From Aulosira sp. ZfuVER01 (lineage in GTDB: Bacteria; Cyanobacteriota; Cyanobacteriia; Cyanobacteriales; Nostocaceae): a stretch of 64,000 bases of DNA. This document shows positions 51,768 to 61,124 of this stretch, piece by piece. Every line of letters starts with the position of its first letter. Within the stretch, counting starts at the first letter, position 1. The translations under genes were made by a program, and so were the position numbers. The stretch spans positions 54,530 through 118,529 of the forward strand of contig JAVRCV020000046.1 in NCBI GenBank assembly GCA_034530615.2, written 5' to 3'. Under the pieces are notes generated by a model. That model was given only the letters and a program-made list of their open reading frames with translations, was not told the origin of the DNA and made no database searches.

Positions 51768-53978
51768 TTAAGTAACTATTTCTTGAATAATATCTTTAAT
51801 TTCTTGGTTAATTTCATCCTTCTCCATCAAACCTGCCAATCGATAAGTATCTTTTTCCTTTTTAAAGCGAACATTATATCTTTGACAAACTTCATCTAGT
51901 AGAATATCACCGGGAACTAAGTCTAACTTTTTAGATTGCCAATCAGCATTTATCTCATTATACTTAGCTGTATATATAGGCTCTAAGTTATTTTTTTCTG
52001 CTTCTAGATGTTCAATAATTTTCTGAATTGAATTATTTATTTGAATAACAGTATCTTGGTTATGAACATCTTTAAAAATTGTTTGTGTATCGGGATAAAT
52101 GGGTTTACACGCAATTTTGACTACTCTTTTATTTATAGCAAACTGCTTGAGAGTCTCAGCACATTCATCAATTTTGGAATTAATATCAGTCTCTGTTGGT
52201 AACTCCTCGTTCAAATGACCTCTTAATTCACTTTTGTATTTAATAAAACTTCTTATAGCTCTTGAGCATATTAAATAATTTTCAATCTCTCGTTTACTTA
52301 AAACTTTAATTTTAGCGTTTTGACCAAGCATACTTTGCATTTTCTGAATTTCAGAATCATCTTTCTCGTCTCGATCAATAAGAAACCACATTTTGACTTG
52401 ACGCTTTGTGAGAAATCCTAAGGTTGCTTCTGTTGCAAAGTGTGCAAAATTACGCGCACCACCCATATGAATAAATCCTACATTCGCTTGGCTAAGATTT
52501 ATTCCTAATACAGAAGCCCATTCTCTAATAGCATCTTCATCTGATTGACCTTCTACAAAAACAAGACGATCAAACATAAAAAGAGAACTCAACCTGATGC
52601 CAAGTTCCTGTGGAATTTTTGCTTCAGCTTCGCCAACATCCAATTGCTGTATCTGAGTAGAGTTTAGTTTTGTAACCAAATACACATTATTCATTTCAGC
52701 CGTATCCAAGAAGTTGGTTGAATGAGTCGTTAAAAATACTTGACAGTCATGACTTATGCGTTTTAAATACCGCATGGTATTTGTTTCTAGAGCAGGATGT
52801 AAATGTATTTCTGGCTCTTCAACAAGTAGTATATCGGGATTTTCAAATTCAACATCTAGTAATAATCTCAAAGCCTCTTTAATTCCTGAACCGTTTACTT
52901 CTACTAAAAAGTTATCAACATCCATCTCAGCAGATGCTTGATTTGTAATCGAGGAAGCGCTACTCTCAAAGGCATCTATGTGTACACCCAATAGGGCTGT
53001 AACAGTTTCTTGAATGTTTTTGAGAATGTCATTTCCACCTCGTTTGACTTTTAAAGAAAGAAGACGCTCTGCTTCTTCTTTACCTATTTGTTTGCGTCTT
53101 TCTGTTAAATAAAGTATTTTTATTTTGCCTATACTTTGTAATAAATTTTTTACATAATTAGGAATTGAAGATTCTTCACCAGAGAAAGTTCCCACCTTGT
53201 TCTTTAAAGGTTGATTTAAAATTGCTTGACATTCATCCTTAAAATTAGATATTAATTCTAAGACAACGTTTTCTATTTCTTCAATAGATGCTTTTGTACC
53301 AACTCTATTCTCAATTAATAAATAAATTTCTCTATTAATTTCTGCAAATGAACTCAAAATTTCCATTGGGGAGCGTTCCCGAATTCTTTGTGCAATAAAT
53401 CTTCGGATTTTCTCAATATCAACATGACTTAAATTTTTTATATTTTTATTTAATTCCTGACACGATAAAAAATTATTATAAATTTCTGATGCGCTATTAT
53501 TATCAATACTCAAAATAATTCTTTCAGAATCACAATTTTTTGTTCCAAGCTTTCCTGTTTCTCTTAAGCTGAGCTTCTTAACATAACTAAAAGATGATGG
53601 TGGAGGCATAATGATGAGAGTTACAGACAGACGCAGTACAGGATCAATACCATCAACTGCATTTTTCATTTGCGGCGCTTCTGTTACAATATCTCGTATC
53701 AAAACATCTCTTTCAGCCAGTGTTAAAGAAAAAGTAAGGGAAATCTCGATAGGAACTTGAGTATTTCTATTAAAAAAATCTATCTCTCTACTAATTTGAG
53801 GTTTCAGAGTAAGTACTTCACCATCACGTAAACAGTTGAAAAAAGCGTGTATTGCTGAAAGAGCACTTGATTTACCAGAATTGTTTTTACCAATAAGAAC
53901 GTTAAACCGACCACAGTTAGTAAGTTCCGAACTCTCAATGCTCCGAAAACTTTTGACGAATACGCTTTCAAGCTTCAT
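51768..53978 (-). CDS. OLD-family ATP-dependent endonuclease (ABC ATPase plus TOPRIM)
   Basis: GKNNSGKS, NGSG, VEEPEIHLHP, TTHS, FVEGQSD, IDRD, REIENY. Confidence 0.88.
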   Translation of the reverse strand: MKLESVFVKSFRSIESSELTNCGRFNVLIGKNNSGKSSALSAIHAFFNCLRDGEVLTLKPQISREIDFFNRNTQVPIEISLTFSLTLAERDVLIRDIVTEAPQMKNAVDGIDPVLRLSVTLIIMPPPSSFSYVKKLSLRETGKLGTKNCDSERIILSIDNNSASEIYNNFLSCQELNKNIKNLSHVDIEKIRRFIAQRIRERSPMEILSSFAEINREIYLLIENRVGTKASIEEIENVVLELISNFKDECQAILNQPLKNKVGTFSGEESSIPNYVKNLLQSIGKIKILYLTERRKQIGKEEAERLLSLKVKRGGNDILKNIQETVTALLGVHIDAFESSASSITNQASAEMDVDNFLVEVNGSGIKEALRLLLDVEFENPDILLVEEPEIHLHPALETNTMRYLKRISHDCQVFLTTHSTNFLDTAEMNNVYLVTKLNSTQIQQLDVGEAEAKIPQELGIRLSSLFMFDRLVFVEGQSDEDAIREWASVLGINLSQANVGFIHMGGARNFAHFATEATLGFLTKRQVKMWFLIDRDEKDDSEIQKMQSMLGQNAKIKVLSKREIENYLICSRAIRSFIKYKSELRGHLNEELPTETDINSKIDECAETLKQFAINKRVVKIACKPIYPDTQTIFKDVHNQDTVIQINNSIQKIIEHLEAEKNNLEPIYTAKYNEINADWQSKKLDLVPGDILLDEVCQRYNVRFKKEKDTYRLAGLMEKDEINQEIKDIIQEIVT

Positions 53979-54165
53979 AATGTTCTTTTTAATATTCAAT
54001 ATCTAAGTTACTTAGTATAATATTTTACTTTAAATGGCTAGAGATTTTTCTGTGTATTAGACATTATTCTATTATTCTAAGCTTTTTGACTGACCTAGCA
54101 ATTTAAGCATAAGTGTCTGCTTGACATAAATTTAAGTATAAATACAAACAAATTTATTTATGCTT

Positions 54166-54254
54166 GCATCACCTCATGCTTTACACAAGAGCTAACGCAG
54201 CCTACAAAATTAGCGATCGCTCTTTCTACCGCCTGTTACTGCACAATGTTAAGC
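54166..54254. repeat. Imperfect ~90-bp direct repeat, copy 1 (copy 2 at 55197-55284)
   Basis: TTACACAAGAGCTAA..CAGCCTACAAAATT.GCGATCGCTCTTTCTA shared. Confidence 0.8.
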
Positions 54255-54295
54255 TACTCTGGGCACAAAGGCATACTATGCAGTCTACAACCATC

Positions 54296-54364
54296 ATGAG
54301 CGATCGCAATATTATTACCATTGAGCCAGATAAGCAAGGCAGTAAGCCGTGTATTCTACAATAA
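54296..54364 (+). pseudogene. 5' remnant of a DUF433-family antitoxin gene
   Basis: MSDRNIITIEPDKQGSKPCI followed by an early stop. Confidence 0.6.
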
Positions 54365-54401
54365 TGAAAGTTCACGGACTTAAACAGAGAAAATTTTTGA
54401 T

Positions 54402-54671
54402 ATGTCCTACCCTAAACTTAGTGATGAAGAAATAACGCGACGTGGCAAAGAACTCTATGAAAACAGTATTCGCGCTCAAGTAGAAACACCAGAGAATATT
54501 GGCAAAATTATCTCAATAAATGTTGAGACAGGTGAATATGAGATTGGTGATGATTTGGTTGTAACGAGTCTGCGGTTACGAGCCAAACAAGCTGATGCGG
54601 CACTTTGGGCAGAAAGAATCGGATTTAATGCAGTCTACGCAGTTGGCGGTACATTGTTCAGGACGGCATAG
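54402..54671 (+). CDS. Small hypothetical protein coupled to the downstream protease
   Basis: 89 aa; stop overlaps the next start. Confidence 0.75.
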   Translation: MSYPKLSDEEITRRGKELYENSIRAQVETPENIGKIISINVETGEYEIGDDLVVTSLRLRAKQADAALWAERIGFNAVYAVGGTLFRTA

Positions 54672-55039
54672 TGATACATGGAACTGTAGTTGGGCTTCAA
54701 GCTCAAATTGGTGTTATTCTTTGTCTCAATGAAGGTCAAAACATAGAAATTAAATGTGTTGTTGATACAGGCTTTGAAGGTTTTTTGACTTTGCCACCTG
54801 ATGCCATTGCTAGACTTGGGTTAACTTATGTTGCCCGAATTAATGCAAATCTTGCTGATAATTCCAATGTTGCAACTAACGTTTATTTAGCAACTATTTT
54901 GTGGAACGGTGTAGAGCGCGATGTAGCAGTCCTAGCTATGGGTCGTCGTCCACTAATTGGAACTGCGCTACTAGAAAATTATCATCTCAGTATAGATTTC
55001 TGTGCAGATGGAACAGTTCTAGTTGATGATATTTTGTGA
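54671..55039 (+). CDS. Clan AA (retropepsin-like) aspartic protease
   Basis: VVDTGF and PLIGTALL motifs. Confidence 0.82.
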   Translation: MIHGTVVGLQAQIGVILCLNEGQNIEIKCVVDTGFEGFLTLPPDAIARLGLTYVARINANLADNSNVATNVYLATILWNGVERDVAVLAMGRRPLIGTALLENYHLSIDFCADGTVLVDDIL

Positions 55040-55196
55040 TTTTGAGCAATAAACTAGCAATCGCGATCAGTGGTGCTGTATTTTTATCATGTAGATTTTT
55101 TATATAACTGTAATCAAAAAGCTGGGAAAATTGCTGAACGCAGTTTAGAGTAAATCATCCCAACGCGTAGACGCGGAGCGGCTTGTCGTAGACATC

Positions 55197-55284
55197 GCAT
55201 TACCTCATACGTTACACAAGAGCTAATACAGCCTACAAAATTGGCGATCGCTCTTTCTAGGCTTGTTACATCACAATATTAAGC
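55197..55284. repeat. Imperfect ~90-bp direct repeat, copy 2
   Basis: Aligns by eye with 54166-54254. Confidence 0.8.
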
Positions 55285-55328
55285 ATAGGGCATAGGGCAT
55301 TGGTGAATCTTTGCCATGCCCCATGCGC

Positions 55329-55362
55329 AAAAACTCCATCCCAAGAGTGGATGGAGTTTTTC
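55329..55362. terminator. Hairpin terminator between convergent units
   Basis: AAAACTCCATCC-caagagt-GGATGGAGTTTTT. Confidence 0.65.
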
Positions 55363-55483
55363 ATGTTTAGCAAGTGCGATCGCCTTCACGAGAACCCGCA
55401 TTATAGTAACTAGCGTTCCCCAGTCCAAGCTAGCTTTTGACGCTTGACAATTTGGGTAAAGAGCGATCGCAATTATCTATTAG

Positions 55484-56635
55484 TTACACAGGCTGCATTG
55501 CAGTCAGATCGGATGACATCTGTGCCCCTAAATTTTGCAGGCAAGTAAGTTTATCAATATGATTAAAATTCAGACTGCGAAAACTATCCTTTGTAGCTCG
55601 GACAGATATTAAGCAGGTTTGGACATTTGTTCCTGTGGTGGAATCAACCGTTTGTACAAAGCCATTAAATACAACTAGATCTAGATGTTGAGCTAGATCT
55701 GCGGCGAAAACTTCGCTAATTGTTCGCAGAGTGATAGCAGCTACTATATCTTGATATAACCCCTCAATTTCGCTTGGCTTTCTAGTTATGCCATGAATCT
55801 CATCTTTAGTGTGGTCGTATTTGACTGCTGCTATGGTCGGGATAATTTTAGCAGCAGGCAGTTCATACTCAATAACTAATTGTTTAGATTCAGATACATA
55901 GGCTACTTGAAATTCCTGGGTAAATGCCACCTTGTCCTGCTTTGTATAACAGAGGTATTGAAACTCTTCTAAGGATGGATATTCCGAACGTTCTAACACC
56001 ATCTCATTGTAAATTTCTACAGCAGATTCCTCACCATCTTGGTAAGCTGCTTCTAATTCGTCTACTTCCGCATTGCGTTTTTTATTGTCTAAAATAAAAC
56101 TATGTTTTTTCCATTCATAATTTGCTTTTAGATGATCGAGAGATAATTGGCGACTAGTTTCTGCCTCTTCATATTCTTTTTTCGTAATTTGACAATCTAA
56201 TTCTGCTTTTTTTTGGGCATTTATATATTCTTTTTCTATGAAAGGAAACAGTCTGATGAGCCACTTAGGAGGAGATTTAGGCTGGTAACATTGTGTCAGT
56301 TCTGATTCTGCTAATAAATCCGGAGGTACTTCCATTTCCGGAAATGTTTCTTGAATCCGCAAGTCTTCAAATGAAATTGTATCTTCTGGCTTAAGAGTAT
56401 GCTCTAGAAGTGTTTGTAACTGATGTATCCATTCTGCTATTTCCCTATTAATATCTTCGACATCAGCCAAACGTTGTTCTAAGTAATTATGCTTGGTTTG
56501 ATTTTGTTTTATATGTAAAGATTTTTCTTGTTCGCGGACAGCAAGTTTCCTTTTAATTTCGGACTGTCTTTGATTACGAGCAAATTTTTTGGCAGTAGTT
56601 TTCATCAAAACAGATGGTCTGCTTCTAAATGACAT
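55484..56635 (-). CDS. Protein resembling the N-terminal region of Mrr-type restriction system proteins, without nuclease domain
   Basis: Coiled-coil N-terminus, LVIEYELP, ITLRTISEVF, VVFNGFV...TG...CLISV; resemblance from memory. Confidence 0.6.
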   Translation of the reverse strand: MSFRSRPSVLMKTTAKKFARNQRQSEIKRKLAVREQEKSLHIKQNQTKHNYLEQRLADVEDINREIAEWIHQLQTLLEHTLKPEDTISFEDLRIQETFPEMEVPPDLLAESELTQCYQPKSPPKWLIRLFPFIEKEYINAQKKAELDCQITKKEYEEAETSRQLSLDHLKANYEWKKHSFILDNKKRNAEVDELEAAYQDGEESAVEIYNEMVLERSEYPSLEEFQYLCYTKQDKVAFTQEFQVAYVSESKQLVIEYELPAAKIIPTIAAVKYDHTKDEIHGITRKPSEIEGLYQDIVAAITLRTISEVFAADLAQHLDLVVFNGFVQTVDSTTGTNVQTCLISVRATKDSFRSLNFNHIDKLTCLQNLGAQMSSDLTAMQPV

Positions 56636-57455
56636 TGCTTAATACTCCTATTTTTTATACAAATAACTTATAAGTAACAGTTTCAACGTCTTCTATTCTC
56701 AAGGTAAATAAACTAATTAGCTGTGTTCCCCTTATACATAGTAATACTAGCTTAGATCCCAATTACTTCAGTATGCTATTGGTATGAGAAGCTCAGGACT
56801 TTAAATAATAAAATCTAGAACCTAACTGAGCAATTATGTTACAAAAGAAATTGTAGATACTTCTCTATCATAAATAGCCAATAGCGATAGCATCCACTAT
56901 TTCAAAATCATTTAACCCTAACAACAAGATAGCTTCATCTGAGTTTTTTAATGTCATGAATATCAAAACTCCAATATTCCAAAAAGGACTTTACACCTTT
57001 GTGTGAGATATTAGTGCATTAGAGGCTACTTTTAAAGAAATATAAAGATTGCAGATCATAGATTTGCAGAGAAACATAGAGTAAATACAATGCAAAACTG
57101 AAGATAGTTATTTTGCTAAGTATAGTAGCGATCTATCTCAGATTTCGCCTGCGTATAAATAATGCAGTGCTTTCATCTACATTTCGCAATCCGGCCAGTA
57201 CATAGTAGATACAGTTTTTCCCTGTTTATTTTCTAGCTATACCAATTTAATTAAGCTTCAAATGCTTTGTTTGTGAAACTTTGAGAATCAACTCACTTTT
57301 GAACTCTCATCAATTGTAACCCGCAAATCTGAGGAAAATATGAGGAATCAAAAGCGCCAGGAGCCAACAATCAACGATAGTTGAGGTATTTCTCAATGAA
57401 TTGGGTGTAAAGAATATAACCATTGATAGTTTACATTTCTTCAAGAATATCCTTA

Positions 57456-57559
57456 ATACCATTTCACCAAAAATTATGATGCAGACGCAAACCCTGGAAC
57501 CTTTGCTGAGTCTTAATTTCTTAATTTTGAATTTTGAATTTTGAATTTTGAATTGGTAT
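57456..57559. repeat. ATACCA...TGGTAT-bounded element with TTTTGAA heptamers
   Basis: Direct observation. Confidence 0.55.
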
Positions 57560-57631
57560 AAGACCCAGCTACAATAATTCTCGGTTCGCAAAACCGAGAA
57601 TTATTCTGCACAAACAGTTGGGAGATTAGAA

Positions 57632-58369
57632 ATGGGATTAGCTGGATTAAGAATTGTGTTGATGGAGCCAGCTGGTCCAATGAATGTGGGATCGATCGCC
57701 AGGGTAATGAAAAATTTTGGACTAAATCATCTGGTAATAGTCAATCCCCAATGCGATCCGTTGTCGATGGAAGCGATGAAAATGGCGGTTCATGCCAAAG
57801 AGATTTTAGAATCTGCGATCGTGGTGCAAACATTACCGGAAGCTTTACAGGGATGTGTACGGGTAATAGCCACTACCGGAAGAGTTCGCAGTGCCCAAAC
57901 GCCTTTAGAAGACCCCCGCACGGCATTACCTTGGTTAATAGAAGAATTAGAAAGACCAGTTGCGCTAATTTTTGGTAGAGAAGATCGGGGATTAAGCAAT
58001 GAAGAATTAAACTATGCTCAACGGTTTGTAAAGATTCCCACACATGAGAGTTATCAATCCCTGAATCTAGCTACAGCGGTGGCTATCTGCTGTTATGAAC
58101 TGGCACAATCTCCAGAAGTAGCTGCAACTGAGCTATCATCAACAGAACTCGCACCTTGGGATATGGTGGAAGCTTATTACCAACAATTAGAAACTTTACT
58201 GCTGAGGATCGGTTATCTTTATCCGCATACCGCAGCTAGCCGAATGGAAAAATTTAGGCAACTATATAATCGTACACACCTGCAAACGACTGAAGTAGCT
58301 ATGTTGCGAGGGATTTTGCGGCAAGTAGAATGGGCACTGACAAACCATAGCGATCGTGAAATCTTGTAA
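57632..58369 (+). CDS. trmJ: TrmJ/LasT family SPOUT RNA methyltransferase
   Basis: NVGSIARVMKNFG, FGREDRGLSNEE, SLNLATAV. Confidence 0.88.
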   Translation: MGLAGLRIVLMEPAGPMNVGSIARVMKNFGLNHLVIVNPQCDPLSMEAMKMAVHAKEILESAIVVQTLPEALQGCVRVIATTGRVRSAQTPLEDPRTALPWLIEELERPVALIFGREDRGLSNEELNYAQRFVKIPTHESYQSLNLATAVAICCYELAQSPEVAATELSSTELAPWDMVEAYYQQLETLLLRIGYLYPHTAASRMEKFRQLYNRTHLQTTEVAMLRGILRQVEWALTNHSDREIL

Positions 58370-58548
58370 TTCATCGATTAATATGTACGCATTCATCCCC
58401 CCAAAATAGATAATATGGCCTAAACTAAACACAAAAATGCCACTAAGTGGCAAAACGTGATTTCAGTATTAAAGTAAAGGTACTTGAGGAGTAAGTTTTG
58501 GGTCGGGAGTCAGCAGGAAAACAATCGAGTGGGTCACAAGGAGTAAGG

Positions 58549-60153
58549 GTGTCAGAATCAAGTGACAAACTAAGAGCTTTCTCGCGGCGTCAACCCGTAA
58601 ACCGCCGCCAGCGTCCACGCAAAGTTGAAAAGGTGGAACAAAAAAAAGTGAAAGTTCCCAACCAGAAGCGTGCTGTCGCTAAAGAAGCTACGCTTACACG
58701 TGTAACGAAGAGTGTAAATCCTTCTTCAATGGCAACGGGAGTATCAAGGTCAAGACCAGGGTTGGTAATGCCAGCAGCAGTCAAACCAATCCCTAGAACA
58801 AAGGTAATGGCTCCTCAAGTACAACCCAGTACTGTGAAGATGAAGACAGTACGGATTGATCGGCATGGGTTGCCGAAAACAGCGATGCGATCGCGCAAGA
58901 CACGTTTAAAGCCAATGGCCAGAACCCTGCTGTATACTATGCGGCTGTTGATTGTGGGAGTTGGTATCGGCGCAATTATGGGTACAGTATTGTCTGTATT
59001 AGACCCCGCTAATCGCATGACTCCAACTTCATCATCTAATACTAATGTTGGGCAATCTCAACCCCAACCCACCCCAACGGCGCAAACTCCTTCTGGCTTA
59101 ACTTTATCCCAGGAAATTACCTCGTTGAAAACTGCCGTACAAAACCTGGCGGCAGCAAATCCAAATCTGACACCGGGAGTTTTGTTAGTAGATTTGGATA
59201 CAGGTGCTTATGTAGATGTGAATAGTGCTGCTAGTTTTCCAGCGGCCAGTACAATTAAAGTCCCAATTTTGGTTGCCTTTTTCCAAGATTTGGATGCGGG
59301 GAAAATCCGCCTGGATGAAATGCTGACCATGCAGCAACCGATGATTGCTGGTGGCTCCGGAAATATGCAATACAAGCCAGCGGGAACCCAGTTCACGGCT
59401 TTAGAAGTTGTCACTAAAATGATTACCATCAGCGACAATACAGCCACCAATATGCTGATTGCTCGACTAGGAGGTATGGAGGCGCTGAACCAACGGTTCC
59501 GCACTTGGGGTTTGACAACTACCGCAATTCGCAATCAACTCCCAGATTTACAAGGGACAAATACTACCAGTCCCAAAGAATTAGCTACCTTGATGGCGAT
59601 GGTGAATCAAGGGAATTTGGTAAATATGCGATCGCGCGATCGTTTGCTTGATATCATGCGCCAAACCCAAAGAGATAATTTACTACCCTCTGGTTTGGGA
59701 GCAGGCGCTAGCATTGCCCACAAAACAGGCGATATTGGCACAATGCTGGCAGATGCAGGTTTAGTTGATATCCCAACTGGCAAGCGCTACATAGCCGCAG
59801 TGATGGTACAACGTCCTAATAACGACCCCCGCGCCGAAAAACTCATTAGCGCTATTTCTCGCGCCGCTTACCAGCAATTTAGCCAAAATGCAGCCATACC
59901 CAATGGCACAACAAGTGGTACAACAACCAATATGCCCGCAACTGGTTATCAGTCGTCAGTAATGACTCCGCCTGTACCCAACAGTACATTTAATACTGTA
60001 CCCATGCCCAACAATACGGGTACTACTGTACCCATGAATGGTTATCCACCTCCAATGATGACTCCTTATCCCAACGGCATGGTAAATCCTATGCCTAATA
60101 CTGGCTACCCATCATCCCCAATGATGAATCCTCAGTATTATCCACCTAGATAA
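58549..60153 (+). CDS. Class A beta-lactamase-like serine hydrolase with N-terminal TM anchor
   Basis: ASTIK, SDN and HKTG motifs; GTG start with AAGGAG RBS. Confidence 0.88.
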   Translation: MSESSDKLRAFSRRQPVNRRQRPRKVEKVEQKKVKVPNQKRAVAKEATLTRVTKSVNPSSMATGVSRSRPGLVMPAAVKPIPRTKVMAPQVQPSTVKMKTVRIDRHGLPKTAMRSRKTRLKPMARTLLYTMRLLIVGVGIGAIMGTVLSVLDPANRMTPTSSSNTNVGQSQPQPTPTAQTPSGLTLSQEITSLKTAVQNLAAANPNLTPGVLLVDLDTGAYVDVNSAASFPAASTIKVPILVAFFQDLDAGKIRLDEMLTMQQPMIAGGSGNMQYKPAGTQFTALEVVTKMITISDNTATNMLIARLGGMEALNQRFRTWGLTTTAIRNQLPDLQGTNTTSPKELATLMAMVNQGNLVNMRSRDRLLDIMRQTQRDNLLPSGLGAGASIAHKTGDIGTMLADAGLVDIPTGKRYIAAVMVQRPNNDPRAEKLISAISRAAYQQFSQNAAIPNGTTSGTTTNMPATGYQSSVMTPPVPNSTFNTVPMPNNTGTTVPMNGYPPPMMTPYPNGMVNPMPNTGYPSSPMMNPQYYPPR

Positions 60154-60345
60154 GTGTGGGGAGTGTGGGGAGTGTGGGGAGACAAGGGGGATGAGGGAGT
60201 GTGGGGAGACAAGGGGGACAAGGGGGACAAGGGAGTGTGGGGAGACAAGGGGGACAAGGGGGACAAGGGGGACAAGGGGGACAAAGGGGATATAACTAAT
60301 GACTTTTGACTCTTGACTCTTAACTCTTGACTCTTGACTCTTGAC
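60154..60345. repeat. Short tandem repeats (GGGGACAAG / GGGGAGTGT nonamers and TTGACTC heptamers)
   Basis: Direct observation. Confidence 0.9.
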
Positions 60346-60522
60346 AACCTGAGCGCGAAATATACAATTTAAATGCGTCGTAGCTGATTACATAGAAGTT
60401 AACGAAAACATAATGAAGTATGAAAAAAAGGTGAAGTATTTAGCTTAAAGGATGACAATAAAAATGGAATGGTTCATTTCAAATTGCATCATTACTACTT
60501 TATATTTCATGCTTCATTTAAT

Positions 60523-60891
60523 ATGGAATCCACTACACCTTCAATCGAATTTTTTGCCGGACTTGTTGAAGAACTGAGTAATGTAAGTTTGCGTCGCGAA
60601 GTCCGTACTGGTAAACGCATAGTTGTAATGTTTTTCGAGAAATTGCAAGCTTTGGAAGGGTTTAATAGCTTTACCAAACAATCTTTAAATTCCTTGCGGT
60701 TAACTGATGAAGAAGGGGAAATTAATCTGACTCCTGCTTCTACCCGGTTCATTTTTGGGGGTGATGACGGGGATGATTTACAGCGAGTTGAGTGTAAATT
60801 GGAAATTGAGCAAGATGACCGTTGGGAAAGATTCATGCGATTTATGCATCGCTATGCTGCGGCTAATGGTATGGAATATGGCGAACGCTAG
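60523..60891 (+). CDS. psb28: Photosystem II assembly factor Psb28
   Basis: SIEFF.G..E, L.DEEGEI, WERFMRFMHRYA..NG. Confidence 0.9.
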   Translation: MESTTPSIEFFAGLVEELSNVSLRREVRTGKRIVVMFFEKLQALEGFNSFTKQSLNSLRLTDEEGEINLTPASTRFIFGGDDGDDLQRVECKLEIEQDDRWERFMRFMHRYAAANGMEYGER

Positions 60892-61124
60892 ATGTTGCTT
60901 GCGATCGCTGATAGGGATTTTAGCTGAATCATAGCGGAGGAAAAGGGGCAGGGGGCAAGGGAGAGAAGCCCAGACATAGGCAATGATTGCCTACCTTCGG
61001 TTTACACGGATGCAGTGACAATATTTTTTACTGGATAATTATTATTGTGTAATTGGAAAATCTGCCGAGTGGGTATGCACTCTGCCTACTGTGCCTGATA
61101 ATTCCTCCAAGAATGATGTATACC

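Noticed and set aside
57310..57591. 93-aa minus-strand ORF containing FKIQNSKFKI
   Set aside because: Derived from TTTTGAA heptamers within a small dispersed element.
60138..60347. 69-aa SPL/HTP-repeat ORF
   Set aside because: Translation of intergenic short tandem repeats.
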